64,000 bases of DNA from an uncultured candidate division Zixibacteria bacterium (lineage in GTDB: Bacteria > Zixibacteria > MSB-5A5 > UBA10806), in the NCBI GenBank assembly GCA_963817915.1, contig CAWFQL010000009.1:160001-224000 (forward strand), written 5' to 3'. Both the position numbers and the translations under genes were made by a program. Numbering within the stretch: position 1 is the first letter of the stretch; each line of letters begins with the position of its first letter. Positions 10,058 through 20,495 of the stretch are shown here, piece after piece. Under the pieces are notes generated by a model. The model was not told the origin of the DNA, searched no databases, and saw only the letters and a program-made list of their open reading frames with translations.

Positions 10058-10894
10058 TTGCGCGAAATAAATGAACACAAATATCTGGATGCCCTGATAG
10101 AAATAGGTCTGAATTTGCGTGAAGCGAGGATATATTTAAGCTTGCTCACCCGCCATGATTTTTCGGTTACTGAGATAGCAAAATCAGCCAAGCTCTCAAG
10201 ACCGGCCGCATATGAGCTTTTGAATAAGATGGTAATGCTGGGGATATGCAAGGAAAAGCCTGGCAAGGTCAAACGATTCATGGCGATATCTCCTGGTGTA
10301 GCATTGCCTAATCTTATCGAGAACGAGGCAGAGGGGCTTAAAACATTATTGGCCAACAGGCAAAACAAAATTGGAGCCCTAATTCCAGTCCTTGAAGACC
10401 TCTTCAAACAAAGCAGGGGTCAGGAAGACCCCTTGGATTATTTCGAGGTGTTGCGTGATAGAAAGCAAATAGCGCAAGGATTCCTTGAATTAGAGAGACA
10501 GGTCACCGAAGAGATGCAGGCCTTTGTCAAACCGCCTTATTCTCTTTCCTTTGAAGATAACGTGGAGGAATCGAATCTCCTCAAAAGAGGCGTAAAAGTG
10601 CGGGGGTTATACGAGTACGACGGAACACATGAGGAAATGGTAAAACTGATTGAGCCAACATATAAGTTGGGGGAGGATGCCAGAGTCATAAGATCACTTC
10701 CGACAAAGCTCGCCATATTCGATTGTAAAATTACCCTTCTTGCTCTTAACGATCCTATCGCAGGAAAAGCATCAATCACGACATTGCGCATTTATCATAA
10801 AGATTTTTCGATATTATTGAAGGAGGCATTTGAGTCTTATTGGGCGAAAGCTATACCTTTCGCCAAGTTTAAAGATGACCCATCGATTCTATAA
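10058..10894 (+). CDS. TrmB-family transcriptional regulator (paralog 2)
   Basis: IGLNLREARIYL wHTH; DPLDY, FVKPP, LPTKLAIFD and FESYW motifs matching paralog 1. Confidence 0.92.
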   Translation: MREINEHKYLDALIEIGLNLREARIYLSLLTRHDFSVTEIAKSAKLSRPAAYELLNKMVMLGICKEKPGKVKRFMAISPGVALPNLIENEAEGLKTLLANRQNKIGALIPVLEDLFKQSRGQEDPLDYFEVLRDRKQIAQGFLELERQVTEEMQAFVKPPYSLSFEDNVEESNLLKRGVKVRGLYEYDGTHEEMVKLIEPTYKLGEDARVIRSLPTKLAIFDCKITLLALNDPIAGKASITTLRIYHKDFSILLKEAFESYWAKAIPFAKFKDDPSIL

Positions 10895-11170
10895 TACTCC
10901 CCAAAATGCGCAACATATTGCCTCTAACATCTGGATGATATCATTATAAGTCACCCACTTATCGTCCTTCCAGAAAAGCTTCGAGCGAGTAAGTCAAACT
11001 TTAACTGTCCCATAGACTTTGTATTTTGTGCTTTAAAGCGTATGGCATAACTTATTACAATATTGCGCCTTAAAGAAATAAAGACTGATCTCTTAGTTCC
11101 GATAAAATAATATATATGATTGTTGCCTTCTACATGGTAATAAAAATATTTAGCCAATCACTTTTTTTGC

Positions 11171-11225
11171 TTGACAAGAAATGAATATTGTGTAAATTAT
11201 TGTTGTTATCGCTCTATTGACAACA
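11171..11225 (+). promoter_or_regulatory. Promoter plus palindromic candidate operator
   Basis: TTGACA-N16-TAAATT, then TGTTGTTA-N9-TGACAACA. Confidence 0.6.
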
Positions 11226-11435
11226 GAATTGAACCAGAATTTAGCCCCCGCCTTTTTTGTGGGAAAATAAAGGGAGTCGGAATTAAAATAATAGATAAGG
11301 AGATCGAGAAATAATTATTATTACGGTCTATTTTCAATTCTACGAAGAATCTTAAATTAATCAAGAAATCAGGACTTCAGTTTTTGTTGGTAGTTTTTTT
11401 CTTTCTTCACAACTAAAAATTAAATGGAGAAGCTT

Positions 11436-14400
11436 ATGAAGAAACTTCTATTGGTGTTATCCGCGATTGTATTTTTGATGTGTTGGAGCATGGCTACTGC
11501 AGGGAAGGTTGTTCAAAGCTCTCCCACCACAGCATTATCGCAAAGTCCGACGCAACAAGTCAATATCGCGAATAAAAACAAAAAAATATCTATCAATAAT
11601 AGCAAATCTAAATTAACTTTTGACGGAGAAAAATCCCGGACCGCGACTGAAAGGTCTGCGCCTGCATCGAATCCTGAAAAGAAGATTGCGCCGTTTGTAA
11701 AATCAAATTCCAACGAAATTCCCACTTTTACTATATCCAATACAGCCCCCTTCGACAGAATGAGAGGTGTCGATTCAAGAAAGGTTGATAGGTGTATCCC
11801 TGCCCCGCCGCCGGATCCGAATATAATCCTGCAAGGAGGCGACAACATGTATGACGCCACGGTCATTTCTTCAATTCCGTATGTCGATAGCGGCAGTACA
11901 GCCGGCTATACTCATGATTTCTCATTAGACTGCGCGGATGCCTATAATTACGCTCCCGACGTTTTCTACTCTTATACTCCTGCATCAGACGGCTGGATAA
12001 CCGTTGCAACGTTTAGTCACGTATATTTTAATTCTATGCTGGGTATCCTCGATGATAGCGGCACTCAGCTTGCATGCAGCGACAATTACTGGACCATGCA
12101 GCCCCAAATAGCCAATTTTCGTGTTACGGCAGGCGCTACTTATTATATAGTCGTCTCCGGTTTCGAAGGCAGTTATGGTCCCTATACACTCTTAGTTAAC
12201 GGAAGTCCTAATTGCGCATTCACCATTCCCGAGCCAAATACTCCGGAAAACGAACCCGATTGTTATGACGATTTTATTGACGACACTAATGGCGGCTGTA
12301 ATTCCACTCCCAATGTATTCAGCACTGTCAGTTCGGGCGAAACCATCGCGGGGAAGGCAGGCACTTATCTAATCAACGGCATAGTTGAGGCTCGCGACAC
12401 CGATTGGTATACTCTTACTCTTGATGCTCCGAAAGTGGTACACATTACTGGTATGGCCGAGTTTCCATTGTTGATCGGGCTACTTGTGCCACCCTGTCCA
12501 GGCCTTCCTTACTATTTCGGAACCGCCGGCCCTTGTACAGAGCTTAACATAAATTCTACTACCCTTGACCCCGGTGAATATTGGATCGTTGCCTTACCTT
12601 CGGTTTTCTCGGGCGTTACATGTGGCTCAGATTACTACTTTACTGTTACAGTTGAAGATCCTCCGGCAGCGCCGGCAAACGACTTATGCGAAAATGCGAC
12701 GCCTATTACTGGTCCTTATCCGCAAATTGTCAATGGTACTACCAAAGGCGCCACCGCTGATTGCCCCGATTACCTCGGGTATAATGCGGCTTGGTACGCG
12801 ATTAATCTTCCGTATGAGGTAAATTTATTATCAATTAATTTCTGTCCTACCGCGGATCAAATCAGAGGTTTTGGTTATGCCTTTTTAAACGACTGTAATA
12901 GTTGCGATTCATACAATATATTTTATTGGACATTTCCGCTATGCGATAACTTGCAGATTCAGCCTGAACTTAAGCAGGAGATAGCCGGTCCCACGACCAT
13001 ATACTATCCGCTCGATCTGGCAGAACCAATGGATTATAGTTTTATAATAGATGTTCAGGAAATTATTCCTCCGCCAAACGATAATTGCGTTGACGTCACG
13101 CCGGTTCCACTCGAACTGGGAGTGCCTCTGCAATTCACGGGTGACAATACGGGCTCCACAGTTGATTGCCAAATGCATTGGGACAAAGAGTCCTGGGTGG
13201 CATTCACAACTACAGAATTCATGAACATTACTGTCGATTTATGCGGCACCAACCCTTACTTCGACAATATTTATATAATTCTTGAAACAAACTGCCCATG
13301 TGATCAAAACACCCTATATGCAAACAGTTGGTCACGAGATTTGTGCGATTACAATTGGTCTTCGACATGGCTGACCGTACCACCGGGAACGTATTATTAT
13401 CCGATCTACCAGTGGTTTGATGCTGAGGGACCATACGTACTTAATATTAATAGTGAAGCCTGCGCTCCGCCACCTGCTAATGACATCTGCGCTGATGCCG
13501 AAGCCATCGGTGAAGTCGTAAGTCAACCCTTTTCGACGATTGGCGCTACCTACGACGGTTCCAGCTCCTGCATTTTCTCACCAGACATTTGGTATGTTTA
13601 CAACGCAACTGCGACAGCTCCAGTGACTGTCAACCTTTGCGGCTCGTCACTTGATACTAAGTTGGCCATTTACGAGGGCTCAAGCTGTCCGGTCGCGCCC
13701 GATCCTCCTGCTTCTGTACCACTACAGGGCGGAGAAGATATTGCCAACGCAACTTTCATCTATGACCCACTCCCCGTGTCCTACACCGGAACAACAACAG
13801 GCTACATCAATAATCACGTTTCGGGATGCGGATTTGAAGGTAATGATGTAATATATTCTTACTTACCTCTGGAAGATGGCACCATAGATGTTGATATGTG
13901 CGGAACCAGCTTAGACACATATATTCCGGCTCTTGTGATTTTAGATGATGCCGCAACAGAAATCGCCTGCGCCGGCGATGGTTGCGGCCTTACCGGTTCG
14001 CCAAAACTCACAGGTGTTCCCGTGGAATCCGGTAGAATGTACTATGTAGTGATCACCGGCTGGAACAACAATGAAGGCGGCGATTATATAGTGCACATCT
14101 CTAATTCTACATTCACTCTGCTGGAATGCAATGACGACTTCTGCGACTTTCAATCTCAAATTACTTTTGATGCCAATGCCGGTACTCAGTATCTGATCCA
14201 GGTAGGCGGCTATTGGCAAGACGTTGGCGAAGGGGTCATTTCAATCAGCAGAGCAGGCGGCTGCGCCTACGTACCTGGTGATGCCAATAACAGCAACTCC
14301 TTCAACGGTCTCGATGTCACGTACAGTGTCAACTACTTCAAGGGGGGAGCAGCCCCATCATACTCCTGCGAATGTCCGCCGCCTAATAGCTGGTTCGTCG

Positions 14401-14573
14401 CGGGTGATGTCAACGGATCATGCTCGTTTAACGGTCTCGATGTTACTTACATGGTTAATTATTTCAAAGGTGGAGCAGCCCCGATACCATGCGCGGATTG
14501 TGCTCCCGCCGGACTGGCGCCGGCTTCACCGGCAATTCCACCGATAAATTTGACCGAACCAAAAACCTACTAA
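11436..14573 (+). CDS. Large exported Cys-rich protein with PPC-like beta-sandwich repeats and C-terminal dockerin-like duplex
   Basis: GGAG RBS and MKKLLLV signal peptide; repeated PxNDxC and LQGG(D/E) modules; tail matches the 6314 protein. Confidence 0.8.
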   Translation: MKKLLLVLSAIVFLMCWSMATAGKVVQSSPTTALSQSPTQQVNIANKNKKISINNSKSKLTFDGEKSRTATERSAPASNPEKKIAPFVKSNSNEIPTFTISNTAPFDRMRGVDSRKVDRCIPAPPPDPNIILQGGDNMYDATVISSIPYVDSGSTAGYTHDFSLDCADAYNYAPDVFYSYTPASDGWITVATFSHVYFNSMLGILDDSGTQLACSDNYWTMQPQIANFRVTAGATYYIVVSGFEGSYGPYTLLVNGSPNCAFTIPEPNTPENEPDCYDDFIDDTNGGCNSTPNVFSTVSSGETIAGKAGTYLINGIVEARDTDWYTLTLDAPKVVHITGMAEFPLLIGLLVPPCPGLPYYFGTAGPCTELNINSTTLDPGEYWIVALPSVFSGVTCGSDYYFTVTVEDPPAAPANDLCENATPITGPYPQIVNGTTKGATADCPDYLGYNAAWYAINLPYEVNLLSINFCPTADQIRGFGYAFLNDCNSCDSYNIFYWTFPLCDNLQIQPELKQEIAGPTTIYYPLDLAEPMDYSFIIDVQEIIPPPNDNCVDVTPVPLELGVPLQFTGDNTGSTVDCQMHWDKESWVAFTTTEFMNITVDLCGTNPYFDNIYIILETNCPCDQNTLYANSWSRDLCDYNWSSTWLTVPPGTYYYPIYQWFDAEGPYVLNINSEACAPPPANDICADAEAIGEVVSQPFSTIGATYDGSSSCIFSPDIWYVYNATATAPVTVNLCGSSLDTKLAIYEGSSCPVAPDPPASVPLQGGEDIANATFIYDPLPVSYTGTTTGYINNHVSGCGFEGNDVIYSYLPLEDGTIDVDMCGTSLDTYIPALVILDDAATEIACAGDGCGLTGSPKLTGVPVESGRMYYVVITGWNNNEGGDYIVHISNSTFTLLECNDDFCDFQSQITFDANAGTQYLIQVGGYWQDVGEGVISISRAGGCAYVPGDANNSNSFNGLDVTYSVNYFKGGAAPSYSCECPPPNSWFVAGDVNGSCSFNGLDVTYMVNYFKGGAAPIPCADCAPAGLAPASPAIPPINLTEPKTY

Positions 14574-14601
14574 AATCTAATTAAGGAAATCAACGATGGG
14601 G

Positions 14602-14639
14602 AAGAGGGCCATTCGGAAACGGATGGCCTTTTTCTTTTT
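14602..14639 (+). terminator. Rho-independent terminator (copy 2)
   Basis: GGGCCATTCG-GAAA-CGGATGGCCT plus T tract. Confidence 0.85.
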
Positions 14640-14757
14640 ACTCTTGACTTCAATCAACTCGGCGAAATATGCTTATATCATGCGCAGCTCGATGACGACA
14701 TAATAGCGTTCAACAATTGTACTTAGTGAATGATGGAATTTTGTTCGGGAGGTGATT

Positions 14758-16060
14758 ATGTGTTGGAGAATTCCTTTGGCAGTATTTTTCATGCTGACAA
14801 TTTTTTCATGCGACAAGCTTAAACCTTCAAACTCGATAAAGAATGATCCGCCTGATGCTCCGTCCAATCCTGTTCCGGCAGATGGCGCGGTAAATCAGGA
14901 GATATCAGCCAATATAACCTGGGATTGGAATGATGTAGACGGCGATTCGCTTACGTTCGATGTCTACTTCGATGAAGCACAAGAACCCGCGCTCATCGAA
15001 TCGGATCGTCGAGAAAGCTGGTATGAACCGGAAAGTCTGGAATATGATCATACTTATTATTGGAAGGTAGTTGCAGATGACGGACATGGAAATCAGACTG
15101 CCGGGCCGATATGGCATTTTTCCACTCGAGCCCTGAGATCATTTGATGTTCTCGGCCACTATAATAACTCCGAGCACGGTCCATACTACGAAATTACCGG
15201 CAATATCCAATCCAGCTACCTTTATGTGACCAATAGACATTCGTCCGGAACACAGAGACTCGTCGTTAATTCTCAATATCGCCGATATCAATAATGTCAG
15301 CGTTGCGGGGTACATTAAAGGAGCATTGTTTGGCAATCAATTTGGGCCTGGTTATATTTTTAGCGTAGGCCGGCTTGATAGCGGCTATAAGCTTAGAGCC
15401 TATTCATTGGGTGATCCCACTAACCCTAATGAGGAATTTAGATTTGATGTTACCAATATCCAGGATTTGGCTGTAGTCAATGACTACGTCTATGTATATA
15501 AGAACGGTTCCGCAGATGGTCAGTCCAATGGTGTGATTACTGTCCATGACATGACCATAGTTGATACAGTAATCACTCAAAGTGCGTTGAGCTGGGGACG
15601 ACTAAGGGCATTCGGGAATCTATTATTGATTGCGGAAAATACGGTAATTGAGATTCTCGATATCACCAATCCGGCCGCGCCGCAGGTTTCGGTAATGGCC
15701 CCCGTACCTGATCAGTGTTTTGACGCCGCTATTTCCGGAACTACGTTGTATATTGCCCTGCATAATACCGGAATTGCGATCGTGGATATTTCAAGCCTGC
15801 CATCGACAGTCCCATTAGGTTCAATACCGACAGTAAATCAATCGACTGACGTACTTTTAGCAAATCAAGGAGTTCTTTATGTCGCCGATAATAATCTCTT
15901 GATCGCCTATAATATTTCCGTTCCAGGCAGTCCTTATGAGATGGCCCGATTTGAAGCCCCAGCGAAAATCATATCATTGAACTATATTCAGGTACTCATG
16001 ATTACCTATTCTGATGGGGCCGGGGTTAGTGGAATTATGGCGCTTGATATGCAACTCTAA
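14758..16060 (+). CDS. Lipoprotein with Fn3-like domain and LVIVD repeats; one +1 frameshift near 15250
   Basis: IFSC lipobox; NPVPADGA...YYWKVVADD...GPIWHF domain; the +1 frame continues SLILNIADINNV into ORF 15326-16060. Confidence 0.75.
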
Positions 16061-16124
16061 TAAATCCTTGAAACGGTTGACATTGCTGTTTTGAATAATT
16101 GATAATGATTATTAATTTTTCGAC

Positions 16125-16152
16125 TTGACAGTCTGATGATATGACGTATATT
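16125..16152 (+). promoter_or_regulatory. atp operon promoter
   Basis: TTGACA-N16-TATATT; overlaps the ORF-track ATG at 16141, favouring a GTG start at 16177. Confidence 0.7.
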
Positions 16153-16176
16153 CGGGCTTGTTTTTGGTACGGAATT

Positions 16177-16407
16177 GTGGCGAAGAAAAAAGATGACACC
16201 CAAAGGAGTTACAGACAGGTCGCCCTCGCTACCACAATCCCGCTCATAATGTTGGCGGCGCCTGGCGTAGGTTATTTTATAGGACGATATCTCGACAAAG
16301 TTGTTCAAAACCACCAATGTCATGACAGTAATTTTTCTTTTACTTGGCGTGGCAGCGGGGGGGTCGAAACCTACAAAATAATCAAAGAGCTTAATCGAGA
16401 GGATTGA
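16177..16407 (+). CDS. atpZ: AtpZ/AtpI-family (ATPase gene 1) protein with a compensated internal frameshift
   Basis: GYFIGRYLDK motif; the shifted frame gives the expected second helix LFKTTNVMTVIFLLLGVAAGG. Confidence 0.75.
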   Translation: MAKKKDDTQRSYRQVALATTIPLIMLAAPGVGYFIGRYLDKVVQNHQCHDSNFSFTWRGSGGVETYKIIKELNRED

Positions 16408-16811
16408 ATGCGAACTTGGATCTTAATTTCGTTGATAGAATAATAAAAGCGACATTGATAGTAGCGGCAATTCTGTTTCCATTTCTGGCGCTATATATTG
16501 CCATGAACTTCGCTCTTTCAGTGCTATTTGGCGCGGTCTGGGGATGCCTGAATCTTCTGGCAATTAAGATTATTATCGTAAGCTTATTGCCCGGAGAGAA
16601 GAAGAATACGACACTCGGAATAATTATTTTATTCGTAAAATTGCCGGTCTTATATGGTATTGGATATTTATTGGTGACCTGGAAATATCTGTCAATTTAC
16701 GGATTGCTCTGGGGCTTTTCGGGAATATTGATCGTGGCATTATTGAAAGTGCTCGGTCGAATCTATCTGGGACTTGATAATCGGGTTAAACCGGAGGGCT
16801 CCAAGGCTTGA
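16404..16811 (+). CDS. atpI: ATP synthase subunit I-like membrane protein
   Basis: Four hydrophobic helices, position directly before atpB. Confidence 0.75.
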   Translation: MNANLDLNFVDRIIKATLIVAAILFPFLALYIAMNFALSVLFGAVWGCLNLLAIKIIIVSLLPGEKKNTTLGIIILFVKLPVLYGIGYLLVTWKYLSIYGLLWGFSGILIVALLKVLGRIYLGLDNRVKPEGSKA

Positions 16812-17662
16812 TCAGTTTAATCAACTCTGCGCTGCTTCTGGTAAATCAGGTCGAGCATGTCGCATCGGATACATTGGGCCATGCCGCCGAAAAGGCCGCT
16901 GAGGAAGGCGCGCCTGAGCTTCCAAATATTATTGAGATACTGCATAAAAATGTTCACGCCGATTGGGTAAATTTTCTATTCCAATACAGGATTGTGGTAT
17001 TTTCAACTATAGTCTGGCTTATACTTGGGCTTCTGGCATTTCTGGCATTCAGAAAAAGAACTTTGGTGCCGGGTAAGCTGCAGAATGTTCTTGAATGGGT
17101 AGTTGAATCATTGGCCGGTCTTGTCACCAGTGTTCTCGGTGAAAAGGGACGAAAATTCATACCCTTCATTGGGACATTGTTCGTTTATATTTTCTGCATG
17201 AATTTAATCGGGTTGATTCCCGGTATGTTTTCATCGACAGCCAAGCTAAATACGACGCTGGCACTTGCGATATGCGTATTTTTATATGTTCAATTTACGG
17301 GGCTTCGCAGTTTCGGTATTCTCGGTTATCTTCACCATCTGGCCGGCTCGCCGAAATCGACAGTCGAATGGTGTCTTGTGCCGTTGAATATGCCTCTGCA
17401 TATAATAGGGGAATTGGCCAAGCCGATTTCGCTTTCTCTGCGTCTTTTCGGAAATATCAGCGGCGAGGATATGCTGCTGGCGATATTCGTAACTCTCGGC
17501 GTCTCGGTGATGAGTTTCACTCATCTGCCGATCGGCCTTCCGTTGCATCTGCCGTTTATATTTTTGGCGATTTTAACCAGCTTCGTACAGGCGCTGGTAT
17601 TTACACTTTTGACAACAATTTATTTTTCGTTAATGTCACATCATGATGAAGATCATCATTAA
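16808..17662 (+). CDS. atpB: F0 subunit a
   Basis: [25 protein letters not shown]. Confidence 0.97.
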   Translation: MISLINSALLLVNQVEHVASDTLGHAAEKAAEEGAPELPNIIEILHKNVHADWVNFLFQYRIVVFSTIVWLILGLLAFLAFRKRTLVPGKLQNVLEWVVESLAGLVTSVLGEKGRKFIPFIGTLFVYIFCMNLIGLIPGMFSSTAKLNTTLALAICVFLYVQFTGLRSFGILGYLHHLAGSPKSTVEWCLVPLNMPLHIIGELAKPISLSLRLFGNISGEDMLLAIFVTLGVSVMSFTHLPIGLPLHLPFIFLAILTSFVQALVFTLLTTIYFSLMSHHDEDHH

Positions 17663-17673
17663 AGGAGGAAATA

Positions 17674-17895
17674 ATGGATCCTAAAACTTCTGTTGGATTT
17701 CTACTACCGTTGGCGGTCGGTGTTGCCGCGATAGGGTCGGGGCTTGGATTAGGTAAAGCAGTCGGCGCGGCGATGGAAGCCATGGGACGTCAGCCGGAAG
17801 CCGCTGGAAAGATTCAGACCGGTATGATCATCGGCGCCGCGTTTATCGAGGCCTTGACAATTTACGCACTCGTAGCGGTAATCCTTATTAAGTAA
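17674..17895 (+). CDS. atpE: F0 subunit c (H+-type signature)
   Basis: GxGxGxG, RQPE loop, FIEAL carboxylate without the Na+-type Q/ES(T) ligands. Confidence 0.97.
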   Translation: MDPKTSVGFLLPLAVGVAAIGSGLGLGKAVGAAMEAMGRQPEAAGKIQTGMIIGAAFIEALTIYALVAVILIK

Positions 17896-17896
17896 A

Positions 17897-18394
17897 ATGG
17901 GAGACATTGCCCGTTCTTTAGATCTAAACTGGGGGATTATAGTCACCCAGATTATAGGCTTCATTATCGCCCTCTGGATATTGAAGGCCTTTGCCTGGAA
18001 GCCGCTTTTGAAGATGCTTGACGATCGTAAGAATAAGATCGTCGGCGATATTCAGGCCGGCGAAAAAATCAAGCAGGATGCTAACAGGCTGCTTGATGAT
18101 TATCAGGCAAAAATCAAGAATATCGATGCTGAGGCCAGGGTCAAAATCCAGGAGGCGATCGCTGAGGGAAACCGAATTGCCGCCGAGATTAGGGAGCAAG
18201 CCAGGGAAGACTCGCATCAAATGATTTTGAAATCGCGCGAAGAGCTCAATCGCGATATCGCCAAGGCCAGAGTGCAGTTGCGGGATGATATGATCAATAT
18301 GGCGGTGAAATCCGCGGAAAAAATCATATCGACCAAATTAGATGAAGCCGAACAGAAACGACTTCTCGAAAATTTCCTGAAGGGAGCCGATTAG
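17897..18394 (+). CDS. atpF: F0 subunit b
   Basis: N-terminal TM, WKPLLKMLDDR, coiled coil. Confidence 0.95.
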   Translation: MGDIARSLDLNWGIIVTQIIGFIIALWILKAFAWKPLLKMLDDRKNKIVGDIQAGEKIKQDANRLLDDYQAKIKNIDAEARVKIQEAIAEGNRIAAEIREQAREDSHQMILKSREELNRDIAKARVQLRDDMINMAVKSAEKIISTKLDEAEQKRLLENFLKGAD

Positions 18395-18400
18395 GCTAAA

Positions 18401-18949
18401 ATGAAAGACACCAGTGTAGCCAAACGGTACGCTCACGCGCTCTTTAATGTCTCGGTATCACGAGGCACTCTTGATATTACCGCGTCCGAGCTATTTCAAT
18501 TAAAGTCCTTTAGCGATAAGGATAGGACTTTCATTGGATTTTTGGTTGCGCCTCAGGTACTGGCAGAACACAAACAGGCTATTATCAGGACTCTCTTCAC
18601 TACGAGGCTTTCTCCGCAGCTTTTATCTTTTCTATACTTGCTTATTGAAAAGGGCAGAATCGATATGCTCGGCGAGATTGCCCGTGAATTCGAGACTTAT
18701 CTCGAACATCATAAAGGAATTATTAAAGCCAAAGTTATTACCGCAATCCAGATTGACGAGGATTATAAAAATCGACTCAGGGAAAAATTGGAAAAGCTTT
18801 CTGGCAAGAAAATTGAAATCATCCACAAGATCGATAGAAGCATTCTTGGCGGAATTGTAATCCATCTCAATTATCAGGTCATGGACGCATCGGTTAAATA
18901 TCAGTTAAACCAGCTAAAGCACGACCTGAAAGCTATAAAGGTTTATTAA
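18401..18949 (+). CDS. atpH: F1 subunit delta
   Basis: VAKRYAHAL; IDRSILGG...DASVK. Confidence 0.95.
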   Translation: MKDTSVAKRYAHALFNVSVSRGTLDITASELFQLKSFSDKDRTFIGFLVAPQVLAEHKQAIIRTLFTTRLSPQLLSFLYLLIEKGRIDMLGEIAREFETYLEHHKGIIKAKVITAIQIDEDYKNRLREKLEKLSGKKIEIIHKIDRSILGGIVIHLNYQVMDASVKYQLNQLKHDLKAIKVY

Positions 18950-18961
18950 AGGGGATTAAAT

Positions 18962-20476
18962 ATGGCGTTTCGTCCTGAAGAAGTAAGTTCTATTCTACAA
19001 AAAGAGATAGAGAAGTATCAAACGAAACTCGAAATGCAATCTGTGGGGACTATTCTGCAGATTGGCGACGGTATTGCCAGGATATGGGGCCTTGAGGACG
19101 CCATGCAGTCTGAGCTATTATCATTCCCCAATGATATTATCGGATTAGTATTGAATCTCGAAGAGGATTCCGTGTCCGCCGCGATTTTCGGCAATGATAC
19201 TCAAATCAAAGAAGGCGATACCGTTAACCGCACGGGGGCGGTAGCCCGCGTGCCGGTCGGTCAGGCGCTTGTCGGAAGAGTTGTCAACGCTCTCGGGCAG
19301 CCCCTCGATGGTAAGGGCCCTATCGTCACGGATCATTATCGTCCAATTGAAGGTCTGGCGCCAAATGTGGTTTCCCGTCAGCCGGTAAAAGAGCCGATGC
19401 AGACCGGGCTCAAATCGGTCGATTCGATGATTCCCATCGGCCGCGGACAGCGAGAATTAATTATCGGAGATAGACAGACAGGCAAGACCGCGCTGGCTAT
19501 CGATGCCATCATCAATCAAAAAGATTCTGATATTTTCTGCATCTATGTTGCGATCGGCCAAAAATCTTCGACGGTCGCTCAAGTTGTAGAGACATTACAA
19601 AAGCATGGCGCTATGGAATATACCACTGTGGTGGTTGCCGGAGCCAATGACCCCGCGCCGCTGCAGTATATCGCACCGTATTCCGGATGTGCCATTGGCG
19701 AAGAATTTCTATATAATGGAAAGCATGCTCTATGCGTATATGACGATCTTTCCAAACACGCCCAGGCGTACAGGCAATTATCGTTGCTGGTTCGCCGTCC
19801 TCCGGGTCGTGAAGCTTACCCTGGCGACGTCTTTTACCTGCATTCCAGGCTCTTGGAAAGAGCTGCAAAATTATCTGATAAATTAGGCGGCGGTTCGCTA
19901 ACTGCCCTGCCGGTTATCGAGACCCAGGCAGGCGATGTCTCCGCTTATATTCCCACGAATGTTATTTCTATCACCGACGGCCAGATATATCTCGAAGCAG
20001 ATCTATTTTACTCCGGCGTTCGTCCGGCCATCAATGTCGGTATATCCGTATCGCGTGTCGGCGGCAATGCTCAGACAAAAGCCATGAAGCGCGTGGCGGG
20101 CAAGCTTCGTCTTGACCTGGCTCAATACCGCGAACTGGCGGCATTTGCTCAGTTCGGCTCGCAGCTTGATGACGCCACTCAAAGGCAGTTGACCCGCGGA
20201 GCCAGAATGGTCGAAATATTGAAACAAGGTCAATATGTTCCCATGCCGCTCGAGAAGCAGGTTTCGATTATCTGGGTCGCCGTAAACGGTTTCCTGGATG
20301 ATCTTCCTGTTGAAGTCTGCCACAAATTCGAGACTGAATTTTTCGACTATATCCAGAATAAATATCCGGATATTTATCATGATATTAAATCCAAAAAAGA
20401 TATCGATGATGCTATCGCAGCCAAATTGAAAGACGCAACTGCCAAATTCAAAGATGAATTCAAATCGAGAATGTAG
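18962..20476 (+). CDS. atpA: F1 subunit alpha
   Basis: [30 protein letters not shown]. Confidence 0.99.
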   Translation: MAFRPEEVSSILQKEIEKYQTKLEMQSVGTILQIGDGIARIWGLEDAMQSELLSFPNDIIGLVLNLEEDSVSAAIFGNDTQIKEGDTVNRTGAVARVPVGQALVGRVVNALGQPLDGKGPIVTDHYRPIEGLAPNVVSRQPVKEPMQTGLKSVDSMIPIGRGQRELIIGDRQTGKTALAIDAIINQKDSDIFCIYVAIGQKSSTVAQVVETLQKHGAMEYTTVVVAGANDPAPLQYIAPYSGCAIGEEFLYNGKHALCVYDDLSKHAQAYRQLSLLVRRPPGREAYPGDVFYLHSRLLERAAKLSDKLGGGSLTALPVIETQAGDVSAYIPTNVISITDGQIYLEADLFYSGVRPAINVGISVSRVGGNAQTKAMKRVAGKLRLDLAQYRELAAFAQFGSQLDDATQRQLTRGARMVEILKQGQYVPMPLEKQVSIIWVAVNGFLDDLPVEVCHKFETEFFDYIQNKYPDIYHDIKSKKDIDDAIAAKLKDATAKFKDEFKSRM

Positions 20477-20495
20477 GGTAATCTAAGGATCTACG

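Noticed and set aside
2412..16060. TrmB locus as a tRNA-Glu-integrated mobile island
   Set aside because: No integrase, and I found no duplicated tRNA 3' end at the distal boundary
17674..17895. Na+-coupled or N-type ATPase
   Set aside because: The c subunit lacks the Na+ ligand set and gene order is the standard F-type
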